A DNA stretch of 62,323 nucleotides from a virus. Lineage: Duplodnaviria > Caudoviricetes. The notes beneath the pieces were generated by a model. That model worked only from the letters and a program-made list of their open reading frames with translations, had not been told where the DNA came from and made no database searches. Made by a program: the position numbers and the translations under genes. This document shows, one piece after another, positions 21,239 through 31,569 of this stretch; positions within the stretch are counted from its first letter, which is position 1, and the number at the start of each line of letters is the position of its first letter. The DNA lies in the IMG/VR virus record IMGVR_UViG_3300043442_000825, positions 1 through 62,323 of that record; one strand, written 5' to 3'.

Positions 21239-23031
21239 AAACACCAAAATTTTCCCACTTAACACCACATTTAAAAGGAAAACAACATCAGTTGGATCCT
21301 AATCTTGATCTCAAACAATCAATTAAACATGCGTCAATTCAGTATGTTGATTGGGATAATGATGGTGATGTTGATGAATATGATAAAAAACCAAAATTAG
21401 TTCCAGATGAAAATCCCCAAGCAGACTTTGGAACAGTATCTAAAAAATTAATTTCAAAACAAAAGGGTGAAATAAAACATACTAAAAGAGGTATAGCATA
21501 TGAAGATTTGAGAAACTGGTTTGATAAAGATCATCCAGAAGGTAATTGGAAAAGATTTAATACTAAAGGAGAAGCAGTTGGTCCATGTGCCCGTGAACCA
21601 GGAGAACCTAAACCAAAATGCTTATCAAATGAAAAAGCAGCAAGTATGTCCAAATCACAAATTGCTGCAGCAGTAAAAAGAAAGCGAGGAAAAGATCCAG
21701 TAGCAGATCGTCAAGGTAAAGGAGGAAAACCAATTATGTCTTCAAATAAAATTGGTGAAAATTTTGAAAATTCTTTACCCGATTGGGAAGGACACATATA
21801 CAGTGGGGAAAAAAGATATTGTCCAAAATGTGCAAAAATGGAATATCAAAAAGAATGTAGATATGGTCCAAAATATTGGGCACTATATTCATCCCCAATT
21901 GGTCCATCATCCGAACAAGGAAAAGCAGATCTTGCAAATATTGCCCCAACAAATGAAGAGAAGGATCATGAGTTTTCAATGGCACGTTCGGAAATTTCCA
22001 CAATTGTGAACGCAGCTAGAAGACTCAAAAAGAAAATGAAGGGAGAAGGTAATATTGAAGCATGGGTTCAATCAAAAATTACCAAGGCAGCAGATTATCT
22101 TGATACTGCCGCAGATTATGTTGAAAGTGGAGAGCATAAAGTTGATGAAGCATGTTGGAAAAAGTATAAGCAAGTTGGTCTAAAGAAAAAAGGTAATAGA
22201 ATGGTTCCAAACTGTGTTCCTGAGGAAACAGAATACATTGAAGAAAAAAATCAACCAACAAATCCAAAACTGTGGTCTAGAGCAAAAGCACTTGCTAAGC
22301 AAAAATTTGATGTGTATCCAAGTGCATATGCAAATGGATGGGCATCAAAATGGTACAAGTCAAAAGGTGGCGGATGGAAGTCTGTAAGTGAGCAGACTAT
22401 TGAAGACTTAAATGGAAATACTTTTGCCGAAGTTATTGATATTATCAAACCAGAACCAATTAAGGGATTTAAATCTCAAATTGAAGAAATGGCAAGAGTT
22501 GACTCTAAAAATGGAAACTTAATGATGGTTGTTGCCATGTGGAGAGGAAAAACTTATGCACTCAAGATATTTTTCCCACAAGTAAAACTACCAAACAGAA
22601 AAGAAATTGAAGATCAAATTCAAAAAATTTATCCAGGTGCCAAACTAGTTTATTCTAAAGTTTCCGAATGTGAACCTGGACAATCATTTCTATATGCTGG
22701 AGGGTCTGCGGCAAAACCTGGTCCAAGTAACAAATACATTAAACCAATGGGAGAAGAAGTAGAACTTGAAGAAGATTGGCAAAAAGTCAATCGTCAAGAT
22801 AAAACTGATGGATTAAGTCCTGCTGCAGTTAAAGCATATCGCCGCGAAAATCCAGGTTCAAAACTTCAGACCGCAGTAACTGAGAAAAAACCAAAAGGAA
22901 AAAGAGCAAAGCGTCGTGCTAATTTCTGCCGTAGAATGAAAGGAATGAAGTCTAAACTGACTTCGGAAAAGACTGCAAGAGATCCAGATTCAAGAATTAA
23001 TAAAGCACTACGTCGTTGGAGGTGCAGATAA
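21235..23031 (+). CDS. Modular basic hypothetical protein (putative processed head-cargo polyprotein)
   Basis: 598 aa made of short K/R/W/C-rich modules separated by acidic xxE linkers. Confidence 0.8.
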   Translation: MKTPKFSHLTPHLKGKQHQLDPNLDLKQSIKHASIQYVDWDNDGDVDEYDKKPKLVPDENPQADFGTVSKKLISKQKGEIKHTKRGIAYEDLRNWFDKDHPEGNWKRFNTKGEAVGPCAREPGEPKPKCLSNEKAASMSKSQIAAAVKRKRGKDPVADRQGKGGKPIMSSNKIGENFENSLPDWEGHIYSGEKRYCPKCAKMEYQKECRYGPKYWALYSSPIGPSSEQGKADLANIAPTNEEKDHEFSMARSEISTIVNAARRLKKKMKGEGNIEAWVQSKITKAADYLDTAADYVESGEHKVDEACWKKYKQVGLKKKGNRMVPNCVPEETEYIEEKNQPTNPKLWSRAKALAKQKFDVYPSAYANGWASKWYKSKGGGWKSVSEQTIEDLNGNTFAEVIDIIKPEPIKGFKSQIEEMARVDSKNGNLMMVVAMWRGKTYALKIFFPQVKLPNRKEIEDQIQKIYPGAKLVYSKVSECEPGQSFLYAGGSAAKPGPSNKYIKPMGEEVELEEDWQKVNRQDKTDGLSPAAVKAYRRENPGSKLQTAVTEKKPKGKRAKRRANFCRRMKGMKSKLTSEKTARDPDSRINKALRRWRCR

Positions 23032-23345
23032 TGAAATCCTTTAAACAGTTTCTTTCAGAAAATATCAATATTTCCGGAGATTTCAATGGAAATCTTTATG
23101 TAAATAGTTCTGATATTCAATGCGAACCAGTTAAAGAATCCTTTATTGCTGATGTGGTTTGGGAAGGAAAATTATATAGAATGGAAGTTGAGGGGGTTAT
23201 GCTATCAAAAAATGAGTTAGCGGAGCAGTTGCAATCAGAATATCCTGGAGCAATTGTCCACAACGTTTATCCATTGGCACAAAATTCTTTAAAGATTAAA
23301 AGTGCTCAAAGATATAGACCAGAAAGTTTAACATGGGGTGATTAA
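23031..23345 (+). CDS. Hypothetical protein with capsid-targeting-like N-terminus (MKSFKQFLSE)
   Basis: ATG overlaps the upstream stop (TAATG), which favours it over the track's start at 23016. Confidence 0.75.
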   Translation: MKSFKQFLSENINISGDFNGNLYVNSSDIQCEPVKESFIADVVWEGKLYRMEVEGVMLSKNELAEQLQSEYPGAIVHNVYPLAQNSLKIKSAQRYRPESLTWGD

Positions 23346-23348
23346 TTT

Positions 23349-24788
23349 ATGGCTCAGTGGAATATAACCACTCAAGATTATTTAAATCAAGAGAGGAGTT
23401 TATTTGAAGTTGTTGGTGTTGCATCAAGTGATGGTCAAATAATTAGTGATCAAAATCCATTTCCAGTTACTGGAAATATTGGAATACAAACTGGAACTTA
23501 TGTAACGATTAATCCAGATACAACAGCACTGGATGCTTTTGGTAGGCAAAGAATTTCAGAACCATTTACTCTTGGGGATTATAAGCATCTTTATGCAATT
23601 GATACTAACTTTATAGACAGCGTTTCTGGTGCAGGTTCTACATTATCATTTATATCAAACCAAGCAGCAGCAAGATTGCAAACAGGTATTGGAAGCACTG
23701 CATATTGTGTTCATCAAACAAAGGCATATCATCACTACCAACCAGGAAAGTCCCAACTGATTTTTAGTTCTTTTAATTTCTATGCACCTCAACAAAATGC
23801 AACTAAAAGAACTGGATACTTTGATGATAGAGATGGAATATACCTAGAACAAGTTGGATTAAGCACCTCCGATGGTATAAATGCTGGTATAGGTACGTAT
23901 AACTGGGTTATCAGAACATTCACAAGTGGAATTGCAACAGAAACCAGAATTCCACAATCTCAGTGGAACAAAGATAAATGTGATGGAACTGGAGAATCAG
24001 GATTTAATATTGATTTCACAAAAACTCAACTTATGTTCATTGATTTTCAATGGTTAGGTGTAGGTAGAGTTCGTTGCGGTTTTGCTCACGACGGAAAATT
24101 AATTTCTGCTCACGAATTTTTACATTCCAATAATAATTCAAAAGTTTATATTTCAAATCCAAACCTTCCGGTTCGTTGTGAAATAAGAAATACTGCAGTA
24201 GGTGTCGGAGCATCATTTGACCAAATTTGTTCTACAGTTGCAAGTGAGGGAGGATATACAGAAAGTGGTGTTGATTTTTCTCACACAATGTTGAGCACAA
24301 GGGTAGTTCCCACTCCCGGAGGAACAGAACTCCCATTAATTGCAATTCGTCTTAAAAATAGTTATCAAGGATATCCTAATAGAATGTCTGTTAGATTAAA
24401 TCAATTATCAATGTATGCAGAAACAAATAGCGTTGTTTTTAAAATAGTTAAGTTGCCAGGATCTGCTTATATTGGATTGACAACTTTAGGGCAAGGCACT
24501 ATTTGGACTTCTGCTTCTAATAACAGTGGGGTTGAATATTGTGAAAATGCAACAGTATATGATGATGGCGATGAGTTTGCTTCAGGTTATGTTCCATCCG
24601 GTGCATCACAAAACTCGTTATCTCCAGTTTCTTCTGGATCTCTTACTGCAGCAAAGAAAAATATTATTGTTCAAAACATTGATTCAACTGATTCCGAAAT
24701 CTACGCCATTATTGTAAGAACATTATCGACTAGTGTAGGTGCAGGTGCTAACGTGGCAGCAGCAATTCAGTGGAGAGAGATTTACTAA
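23349..24788 (+). CDS. Putative virion structural protein
   Basis: 479 aa, G/S/T-rich beta-type composition with GIGS/GIGT motifs like the tail proteins; lies in the late operon. Confidence 0.6.
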   Translation: MAQWNITTQDYLNQERSLFEVVGVASSDGQIISDQNPFPVTGNIGIQTGTYVTINPDTTALDAFGRQRISEPFTLGDYKHLYAIDTNFIDSVSGAGSTLSFISNQAAARLQTGIGSTAYCVHQTKAYHHYQPGKSQLIFSSFNFYAPQQNATKRTGYFDDRDGIYLEQVGLSTSDGINAGIGTYNWVIRTFTSGIATETRIPQSQWNKDKCDGTGESGFNIDFTKTQLMFIDFQWLGVGRVRCGFAHDGKLISAHEFLHSNNNSKVYISNPNLPVRCEIRNTAVGVGASFDQICSTVASEGGYTESGVDFSHTMLSTRVVPTPGGTELPLIAIRLKNSYQGYPNRMSVRLNQLSMYAETNSVVFKIVKLPGSAYIGLTTLGQGTIWTSASNNSGVEYCENATVYDDGDEFASGYVPSGASQNSLSPVSSGSLTAAKKNIIVQNIDSTDSEIYAIIVRTLSTSVGAGANVAAAIQWREIY

Positions 24789-24791
24789 TTT

Positions 24792-26444
24792 ATGGCAAAT
24801 TCTAATGATGTTTATCTTGGCAATCCGTTACTAAAAAAAGCAAATACTCCGATTGAATTTACTCAAGAACAAATTATTGAGTTTGTTAAGTGTAAAGATG
24901 ATCCTGTGTATTTTGCTAAAAATTATGTAAAAATTGTAACTCTTGATCATGGATTACAACCATTTAGGATGTATCCATTTCAAGAGAAACTTGTCAATAG
25001 GTTTCACCAAAACAGATTTAACATCTGTAAGATGCCTAGACAGACAGGTAAATCGACCACAGTAGTGTCCTTCCTACTCCACTACGCGGTGTTTAATGAC
25101 AACGTTAATATAGGTATCCTAGCAAACAAAGCAGCAACCGCAAGAGAGCTCCTAGACAGGTTACAGACAGCTTATGAAAACCTACCAAAGTGGATGCAAC
25201 AAGGAATTATCTCCTGGAACAAAGGTTCTTTGGAATTGGAGAACGGAAGTAAAATCTTGGCTGCTTCTACTTCTGCTTCTGCAGTTCGTGGTATGTCATT
25301 CAATATTATATTTTTGGACGAATTTGCATTCGTCCCAAATCATATTGCAGACGACTTCTTTAGTTCAGTATATCCAACGATTTCTTCGGGTAAATCAACG
25401 AAGGTAATTATTGTTTCCACCCCTAAGGGTATGAATCATTTTTACCGCATGTGGCATGATGCAGAACGCGGTAAAAATGAATACATCTACACAGATGTTC
25501 ATTGGTCGGAAGTTCCGGGAAGAGATGAAGCATGGAAAGCACAAACAATTGCAAACACTTCGGAGCAGCAGTTTAAAGTTGAGTTTGAATGTGAGTTTTT
25601 AGGATCCGTAGATACTCTTATTGCACCAAGTAAACTACGAAGTTTAGTTTATGATCACCCATTAAAGAGAAATGCTGGTTTAGATGTATATGAAGAAGTT
25701 CAAGAAGAACATGATTATGTAATGACAGTTGACGTTGCCAGAGGAGTAAGTGAAGACTATTCTGCATTTGTTGTCACAGATATAACAAACTTTCCACATA
25801 AAATTGTGGCGAAGTATAGAAATAATGAAATTAAACCAATGCTATTCCCAAATATTATTTTTGAGGTGGCAAAAAATTATAACTCGGCGTATATCCTATG
25901 TGAAGTAAATGATATTGGAGATCAGGTAGCATCTCTTCTTCATTACGACTTAGAGTATCAGAACGTTTTGATGTGTTCAATGAGAGGTAGAGCAGGACAA
26001 ATAGTTGGTCAAGGTTTTTCTGGAAAGAAAACCCAACTTGGCGTAAAAATGTCCAAAACAGTTAAAAAGATTGGATCTCTTAATCTTAAAACTCTTATAG
26101 AAGAAAATAAATTAATATTTAATGACTATGAGATAATTTCAGAATTAACAACTTTTGTACAGAAGCATAATTCATTTGAGGCAGAAGAGGGGTGTAATGA
26201 TGACTTAGCAATGTGCTTAGTCATCTATGCCTGGTTAGTTGCTCAAGATTACTTTAAAGAACTAACTGATCAGGATGTAAGAAAAAGAATATATGAAGAG
26301 CAAAAGAATCAGATAGAACAAGATATGGCACCATTTGGATTTATTGTCGATGGTATAGATGATTCTAGTTTTGTTGATAATAGTGGTGATCGTTGGTTTA
26401 CCGACGAATATGGTGATATGGCATATATGTGGGAATATAGATAA
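24792..26444 (+). CDS. gp17: Terminase large subunit gp17
   Basis: Walker A PRQTGKST, Walker B IIFLDEFAF, coupling motif VSTPKG, nuclease motifs VDVARG and NDDLAM. Confidence 0.97.
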   Translation: MANSNDVYLGNPLLKKANTPIEFTQEQIIEFVKCKDDPVYFAKNYVKIVTLDHGLQPFRMYPFQEKLVNRFHQNRFNICKMPRQTGKSTTVVSFLLHYAVFNDNVNIGILANKAATARELLDRLQTAYENLPKWMQQGIISWNKGSLELENGSKILAASTSASAVRGMSFNIIFLDEFAFVPNHIADDFFSSVYPTISSGKSTKVIIVSTPKGMNHFYRMWHDAERGKNEYIYTDVHWSEVPGRDEAWKAQTIANTSEQQFKVEFECEFLGSVDTLIAPSKLRSLVYDHPLKRNAGLDVYEEVQEEHDYVMTVDVARGVSEDYSAFVVTDITNFPHKIVAKYRNNEIKPMLFPNIIFEVAKNYNSAYILCEVNDIGDQVASLLHYDLEYQNVLMCSMRGRAGQIVGQGFSGKKTQLGVKMSKTVKKIGSLNLKTLIEENKLIFNDYEIISELTTFVQKHNSFEAEEGCNDDLAMCLVIYAWLVAQDYFKELTDQDVRKRIYEEQKNQIEQDMAPFGFIVDGIDDSSFVDNSGDRWFTDEYGDMAYMWEYR

Positions 26445-26671
26445 TGGAACTAGATAAGCAAATAAAACTCGGTCATTTATTGCTTGTCGACAGAAAATGT
26501 AGAGTGTGTAGTGAGACTAAAAATTTAATAGATGGTTTTTATAGAACACGTAAAGATAGGGGTGCAGTTGCATCCTCATATTCTTATGAGTGTAGAGATT
26601 GTACAATACAAAGAATAAAAGATAAAAATAAAAAGACTAATCTCAATAAATGGGAGTATCCTGACTGGTAA
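26444..26671 (+). CDS. Small Zn-finger protein
   Basis: CRVC...CRDC; coupled to the gp17 stop. Confidence 0.7.
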   Translation: MELDKQIKLGHLLLVDRKCRVCSETKNLIDGFYRTRKDRGAVASSYSYECRDCTIQRIKDKNKKTNLNKWEYPDW

Positions 26672-26712
26672 AGATTTCACGTCTCATTTCCCCCGTGAAA
26701 AGTAAGTTTTTA

Positions 26713-26719
26713 ATAAATA
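26713..26719 (+). promoter_or_regulatory. Late promoter for gp18
   Basis: ATAAATA in the intergenic region. Confidence 0.7.
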
Positions 26720-26754
26720 TTTTTTAGATAAACTGAGACTTTACGGAGAAAAAC

Positions 26755-28962
26755 ATGGCGACTCCTCAATTATCTCCAGGCGTACTCGTCAGAGAGGTTG
26801 ATTTAACGGTAGGAAGAGCTGATAATGTTTTAGATAACATTGGTGCAATTGCGGGACCCTTTCCAATTGGACCAGTTGATTACCCAATTGACATCACTAC
26901 AGAGCAAGAGTTAATTAACGTATTTGGAAAACCACTCTCTACAGATTCCCAATACGAATATTGGATGAGTGCGTCATCATATCTTTCATATGGTGGTGTT
27001 CTTAAGGTTGTAAGAACTGGTGGATCAACACTTAACAATGCAAATGCTGGTGTTGGTGTTGCATTTACAACGATACTGGATATCGATAATTATGATGATT
27101 ACATGACCAATCATTCTGACGGTAATAATTTCACATTTGCCGCTAAGAATCCTGGATCATGGGCAAACAATCTTAAAGTTTGCTTTATTGATGATTATGC
27201 AGATCAAACCATTGGAATTACAACTACTAGTTTAGCGGGACTTGGCGCTACAGTTGGATATGGTGTAACTGTAGCATTAAGTAATGTTGTTTTGCCAGGT
27301 GCTGGTTCAACCTCAGTATTCAGTGGTTATTTGAAGGGTATTATCACTGGAGTAACAACTGCTACTTCAGGATCAACAAGTTCAACAATTGATGTTAAGA
27401 TTCTATCAAGAGTATCAACTGCCGGAACTGAAACTAGAATCAGTTATGCCGAGGGAACTAATTTTGCAGCGTTTAGTGCTAGCGATGCTCTGAAATTTAT
27501 CAATAGCTCTGGAGCACAAGCAGGATCAGCAACCGCAGCTTCAATTTCAGATTGGTATGATAATCAAACTTTAAATCTGGCAAACTCAACAATTTATTGG
27601 AAGTCAATTGCACCTAAGCCAGGAACAACAAGATATGCATCTGAAAGAAATTCATATAATGATGAACTTCACGTAGTTGTTGTTGATGATCTGGGAACCA
27701 TTACTGGAAACCAAGGAACTCTCTTAGAGAAGCACGTTGGATTATCCAAAGCACTTGATGCCGTATCTGCAGTTAACTCACCACAAAAAATTTGGTATGA
27801 GCAGTTCCTTGCAGACTATTCATCACAAATTTATGCTGGAGGAAATCCAGGATCAACCGCAGATTCTGTCCATGGAACATCTCCAAGAGCAACAGGATTT
27901 ACAACATATTCTGGAGTTGGTTCCGTATCATTCAATCCAGTTTCAACTTCAGATGGAACATGGGGTCTGAATACACAAGATGTTCAATTCAATGTAATTG
28001 GCAATAAGACATATACACTTAGAGGTGGAGTAGATTATAGTGCATCTGGTGGAATGAAGCCAGAGCTTGGAAGCCTCATTACATCATATGGATTATTCTC
28101 AAATAAAGATGAAATTCAGGTTGATTATTTAATCATGGGTCCTGGATTTGATAACGAATCAGATTCTCAGGCAAAAGCAAGTTATCTAATTTCTCTTGCT
28201 GAGCAAAGAAAGGATTGTGTTGCTACAATTGGAGCTCATAGAGCAAACTTAATTGGCGTAACAAATACCACAACTCAGACAACAAACCTGGTTAAGTACT
28301 TTAGTTCACTACCATCATCTTCATATGCTGTGTTTGATAGTGGATACAAGTATACCTATGATAGATTCAATAATAAATTCCGTTACATCCCATGTAATGC
28401 TGATGTTGCTGGTTTAATGTGCCGCACAAACATTGTTGCTTATCCATGGTTCTCTCCTGCAGGTCAGCAAAGAGGAATTATCAACAATGCAGTTAAACTG
28501 GCATACAATCCAAATAAAGCACAGAGAGATCAACTCTATCCACAAAGAATCAACGCAATCGTTACTCAACCTGGAATAGGAACTCTCCTCTTTGGTGATA
28601 AGACTGCACTTGGCTATGCATCGGCATTTGATAGAATCAATGTTCGCCGCTTGTTCCTGACAATTGAGCAGGCATTGCAAAGAGCTGCACAAGCTCAACT
28701 ATTTGAATTGAACGATGAGCTCACAAGAGCAAACTTTAGAAACATTGTTGAACCATATCTGCGTGATGTTCAGGCAAAGAGAGGTCTTTATGGATTCTTA
28801 GTTGTTTGCGATAGCACAAACAACACTCCTGATGTTATTGATAACAATGAGTTTAGAGCTGACATCTTCTTGAAACCAGCCAAGTCTATTAACTTCATAA
28901 CACTCACATTTGTTGCTACACGCACTGGTGTAAGTTTTGAAGAAGTAGTTGGTAGAGTTTAA
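26755..28962 (+). CDS. gp18: Tail sheath protein gp18
   Basis: SPGVLVREVDLT, PWFSPAG, FDRINVRRLF and KPAKSINFITLTF motifs. Confidence 0.97.
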   Translation: MATPQLSPGVLVREVDLTVGRADNVLDNIGAIAGPFPIGPVDYPIDITTEQELINVFGKPLSTDSQYEYWMSASSYLSYGGVLKVVRTGGSTLNNANAGVGVAFTTILDIDNYDDYMTNHSDGNNFTFAAKNPGSWANNLKVCFIDDYADQTIGITTTSLAGLGATVGYGVTVALSNVVLPGAGSTSVFSGYLKGIITGVTTATSGSTSSTIDVKILSRVSTAGTETRISYAEGTNFAAFSASDALKFINSSGAQAGSATAASISDWYDNQTLNLANSTIYWKSIAPKPGTTRYASERNSYNDELHVVVVDDLGTITGNQGTLLEKHVGLSKALDAVSAVNSPQKIWYEQFLADYSSQIYAGGNPGSTADSVHGTSPRATGFTTYSGVGSVSFNPVSTSDGTWGLNTQDVQFNVIGNKTYTLRGGVDYSASGGMKPELGSLITSYGLFSNKDEIQVDYLIMGPGFDNESDSQAKASYLISLAEQRKDCVATIGAHRANLIGVTNTTTQTTNLVKYFSSLPSSSYAVFDSGYKYTYDRFNNKFRYIPCNADVAGLMCRTNIVAYPWFSPAGQQRGIINNAVKLAYNPNKAQRDQLYPQRINAIVTQPGIGTLLFGDKTALGYASAFDRINVRRLFLTIEQALQRAAQAQLFELNDELTRANFRNIVEPYLRDVQAKRGLYGFLVVCDSTNNTPDVIDNNEFRADIFLKPAKSINFITLTFVATRTGVSFEEVVGRV

Positions 28963-28998
28963 TTTTTAGATCTAAATAACAAAAGGAGGACCTAAACA

Positions 28999-29589
28999 AT
29001 GGCATCAACTAGAGAAAACAAAACGATTTCCCAGTTTAAATCTGCACTAGTTGGCGGCGGCGCCCGCCCCAACCTGTTTGAAGTAGAACTAGCAACACTT
29101 CCAGGTAATATTGATTGGGATTCTGATAATTTCAGATTCATGTGCAAAGCAGCACAACTTCCTGGTCAAACAATTGGGGCAATTGATGTTCCATTTAGAG
29201 GAAGAGTATTTAAAGTTGCTGGTGACAGAACTATCGATGCATGGACAGTAACAATCATTAACGATGAGGGATTTGTCTTAAGAAATGCATTTGAAGCTTG
29301 GACCGAACTAATTGCAAAACTTGATACCAACATTGGTGCCACGGATCCATCTGCATACATGGTAAATGCAAAAGTTTATCAACTTGGAAGAGGATCTACC
29401 GCAAGTAGCCAAGATAACACAGGATCGGCAAATGCAGTTCTTAAGGAGTATGAATTTATTGATATTTTCCCAACTGCAGTAAGTGCTATTGATCTTTCAT
29501 ATGATAGCAGTGGGACAATTGAGGAATTTACGGTTGAATTCCAAGTTCAAAGCATTAACGTAACTGGTGCTGGTGGTCCAAACGGTTAA
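28999..29589 (+). CDS. gp19: Tail tube protein gp19
   Basis: GGGARPNLFEV, VPFRGR...GDRT...WTVTIIND motifs. Confidence 0.95.
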   Translation: MASTRENKTISQFKSALVGGGARPNLFEVELATLPGNIDWDSDNFRFMCKAAQLPGQTIGAIDVPFRGRVFKVAGDRTIDAWTVTIINDEGFVLRNAFEAWTELIAKLDTNIGATDPSAYMVNAKVYQLGRGSTASSQDNTGSANAVLKEYEFIDIFPTAVSAIDLSYDSSGTIEEFTVEFQVQSINVTGAGGPNG

Positions 29590-29595
29590 TAAATA
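29589..29595 (+). promoter_or_regulatory. Late promoter for gp20
   Basis: ATAAATA at the gp19 stop. Confidence 0.65.
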
Positions 29596-29625
29596 GTCTA
29601 AAGGTTATTCTAAAACTAATAAATT

Positions 29626-31317
29626 ATGGCAAAATTATTTGGATTCTCTATTGAGGATACTGAACCATTATCACCCAATGTGGTTTCCCCCGTCCCCCCT
29701 AACAATGAGGACGGGGTTGACCATTATTTAAGTGGTGGTTTTTTTGGTTCGTACGTTGATATTGAGGGAGTTTATAGAACAGAATTTGAGTTAATTAAAA
29801 GATATCGCGAAATGGCACTTCACCCTGAAGTTGATAGTGCAATTGAAGACATTGTAAACGAAGCAATTGTTTCGGATACAAATGATACTCCAGTACAAAT
29901 TGATCTAGATAATCTAAATGCTAGTGATGGAATCAAGAAAAAAATTCGTCAAGAATTTAAACATATTTTAAATCTATTAGATTTTGATAAAAAGTCTCAT
30001 GAAATTTATAGAAATTGGTATATTGATGGAAGAATTTACTATCATAAAGTAATTGATCTTAAGAATCCAAATGATGGTATTCAGGAATTGAGGTATATTG
30101 ACGCAATGAAAATGCGTTATATTAGGCAAGATAAAAAGAAAAACAAAGATAAGTATAAAGTTTCTGTAGTACAAAGTGATAATCCAATGGATTATGACTT
30201 TCCAGAAATTGAGGAGTATTTCATTTACAATCCAAAATCACAATATCCAACTGGAAATTTAAATGCAACTGGATCAAGTCAGGGTATAAAAATTGCAAAG
30301 GATGCAGTTACATACTGCACTTCGGGTTTAGTAGATAGAAATAAAGGAACTACTCTATCATATCTACATAAGGCAATCAAATCTCTCAATCAACTCCGCA
30401 TGATTGAAGATTCTCTTGTTATTTACAGACTTTCAAGAGCACCAGAAAGAAGAATTTTTTATATTGATGTAGGAAACCTACCAAAAGTTAAGGCAGAACA
30501 ATATCTCCGTGACGTTATGATGCGGTATCGTAATAAGTTAGTTTATGATGCATCAACTGGAGAAATTCGCGATGATAAAAAATACATGGCAATGCTTGAA
30601 GACTTTTGGCTTCCACGCCGTGAAGGTGGCAGAGGAACTGAAATCTCCACTCTTCCAGGGGGTCAAAATCTTGGGGAGATTACAGATATTGAATATTTTA
30701 AGAAGAAGCTATATCGCTCACTAAACGTTCCACCATCAAGAATGGATGGAGAAGGTGGATTTAATCTTGGTCGTTCATCAGAAATTCTTAGAGATGAACT
30801 TAAGTTCACAAAATTTGTTGGTCGTCTAAGAAAAAGATTTTCAAACATGTTTAATGACATGTTGAGAACTCAACTCATTCTTAAAAACATTGTAACCCCA
30901 GAAGACTGGGAGATTATGAGTGAGCATATTCAGTATGATTTCTTATATGATAACCACTTCTCAGAACTCAAAGACTCCGAGTTGTTGAATGAAAGGTTAA
31001 ATATGGTTGCCGTTGCAGAACCATATGTTGGTAAGTATTTCTCACAAGATTATGTGAGAAGAAAGATTCTTCGCCAAACAGATGTTGAGATTCTAGAACA
31101 AGATGCACTCATTGAAAAAGAAATTGAAGATGGTGTAATTCCCGACCCGAGCGCACAAGCAATGGGTATGGGTGGAGAAGAAGTTCCACTAGAACAAGAT
31201 GGATCACAATCCACTATGGATTTGGGTGCTCCAGTTATGGAGCCAGACCTTGAATCACAAGGTCAAGCAACTGAAGCACCTGGCATTACAAAAATGCCCA
31301 AGGGTGGAGAAATATAA
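29626..31317 (+). CDS. gp20: Portal protein gp20
   Basis: YRLSRAPERRIFYIDVGNLPK and EDFWLPRREGGRGTEI motifs. Confidence 0.97.
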   Translation: MAKLFGFSIEDTEPLSPNVVSPVPPNNEDGVDHYLSGGFFGSYVDIEGVYRTEFELIKRYREMALHPEVDSAIEDIVNEAIVSDTNDTPVQIDLDNLNASDGIKKKIRQEFKHILNLLDFDKKSHEIYRNWYIDGRIYYHKVIDLKNPNDGIQELRYIDAMKMRYIRQDKKKNKDKYKVSVVQSDNPMDYDFPEIEEYFIYNPKSQYPTGNLNATGSSQGIKIAKDAVTYCTSGLVDRNKGTTLSYLHKAIKSLNQLRMIEDSLVIYRLSRAPERRIFYIDVGNLPKVKAEQYLRDVMMRYRNKLVYDASTGEIRDDKKYMAMLEDFWLPRREGGRGTEISTLPGGQNLGEITDIEYFKKKLYRSLNVPPSRMDGEGGFNLGRSSEILRDELKFTKFVGRLRKRFSNMFNDMLRTQLILKNIVTPEDWEIMSEHIQYDFLYDNHFSELKDSELLNERLNMVAVAEPYVGKYFSQDYVRRKILRQTDVEILEQDALIEKEIEDGVIPDPSAQAMGMGGEEVPLEQDGSQSTMDLGAPVMEPDLESQGQATEAPGITKMPKGGEI

Positions 31318-31320
31318 ATA
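31313..31320 (+). promoter_or_regulatory. Late promoter (TATAAATA)
   Basis: Perfect T4 late consensus. Confidence 0.75.
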
Positions 31321-31348
31321 AAAACGATTATTTCTAGGTATTAAAGAA

Positions 31349-31531
31349 ATGGATGATCTCATGGATATGATTATTGCTGATGAATCACCATCCCAAATCA
31401 GTGATAAAATCAAAGAAATTCTTTTTGCAAAATCTGCAGAACGTATTGATTCTTTTAGACCAATGGTATCACAGAACATGTTTGGTCAAGAAGATATTGA
31501 AGATGAAGAAGAAATTGGAGAAGAGGAATAA
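31349..31531 (+). CDS. Small acidic protein (prohead core gp67-like position)
   Basis: 60 aa, acidic; lies between gp20 and gp21. Confidence 0.6.
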   Translation: MDDLMDMIIADESPSQISDKIKEILFAKSAERIDSFRPMVSQNMFGQEDIEDEEEIGEEE

Positions 31532-31569
31532 TTAATTTAATAAATAACTAAAAGTGTTTTTTTAAAATA

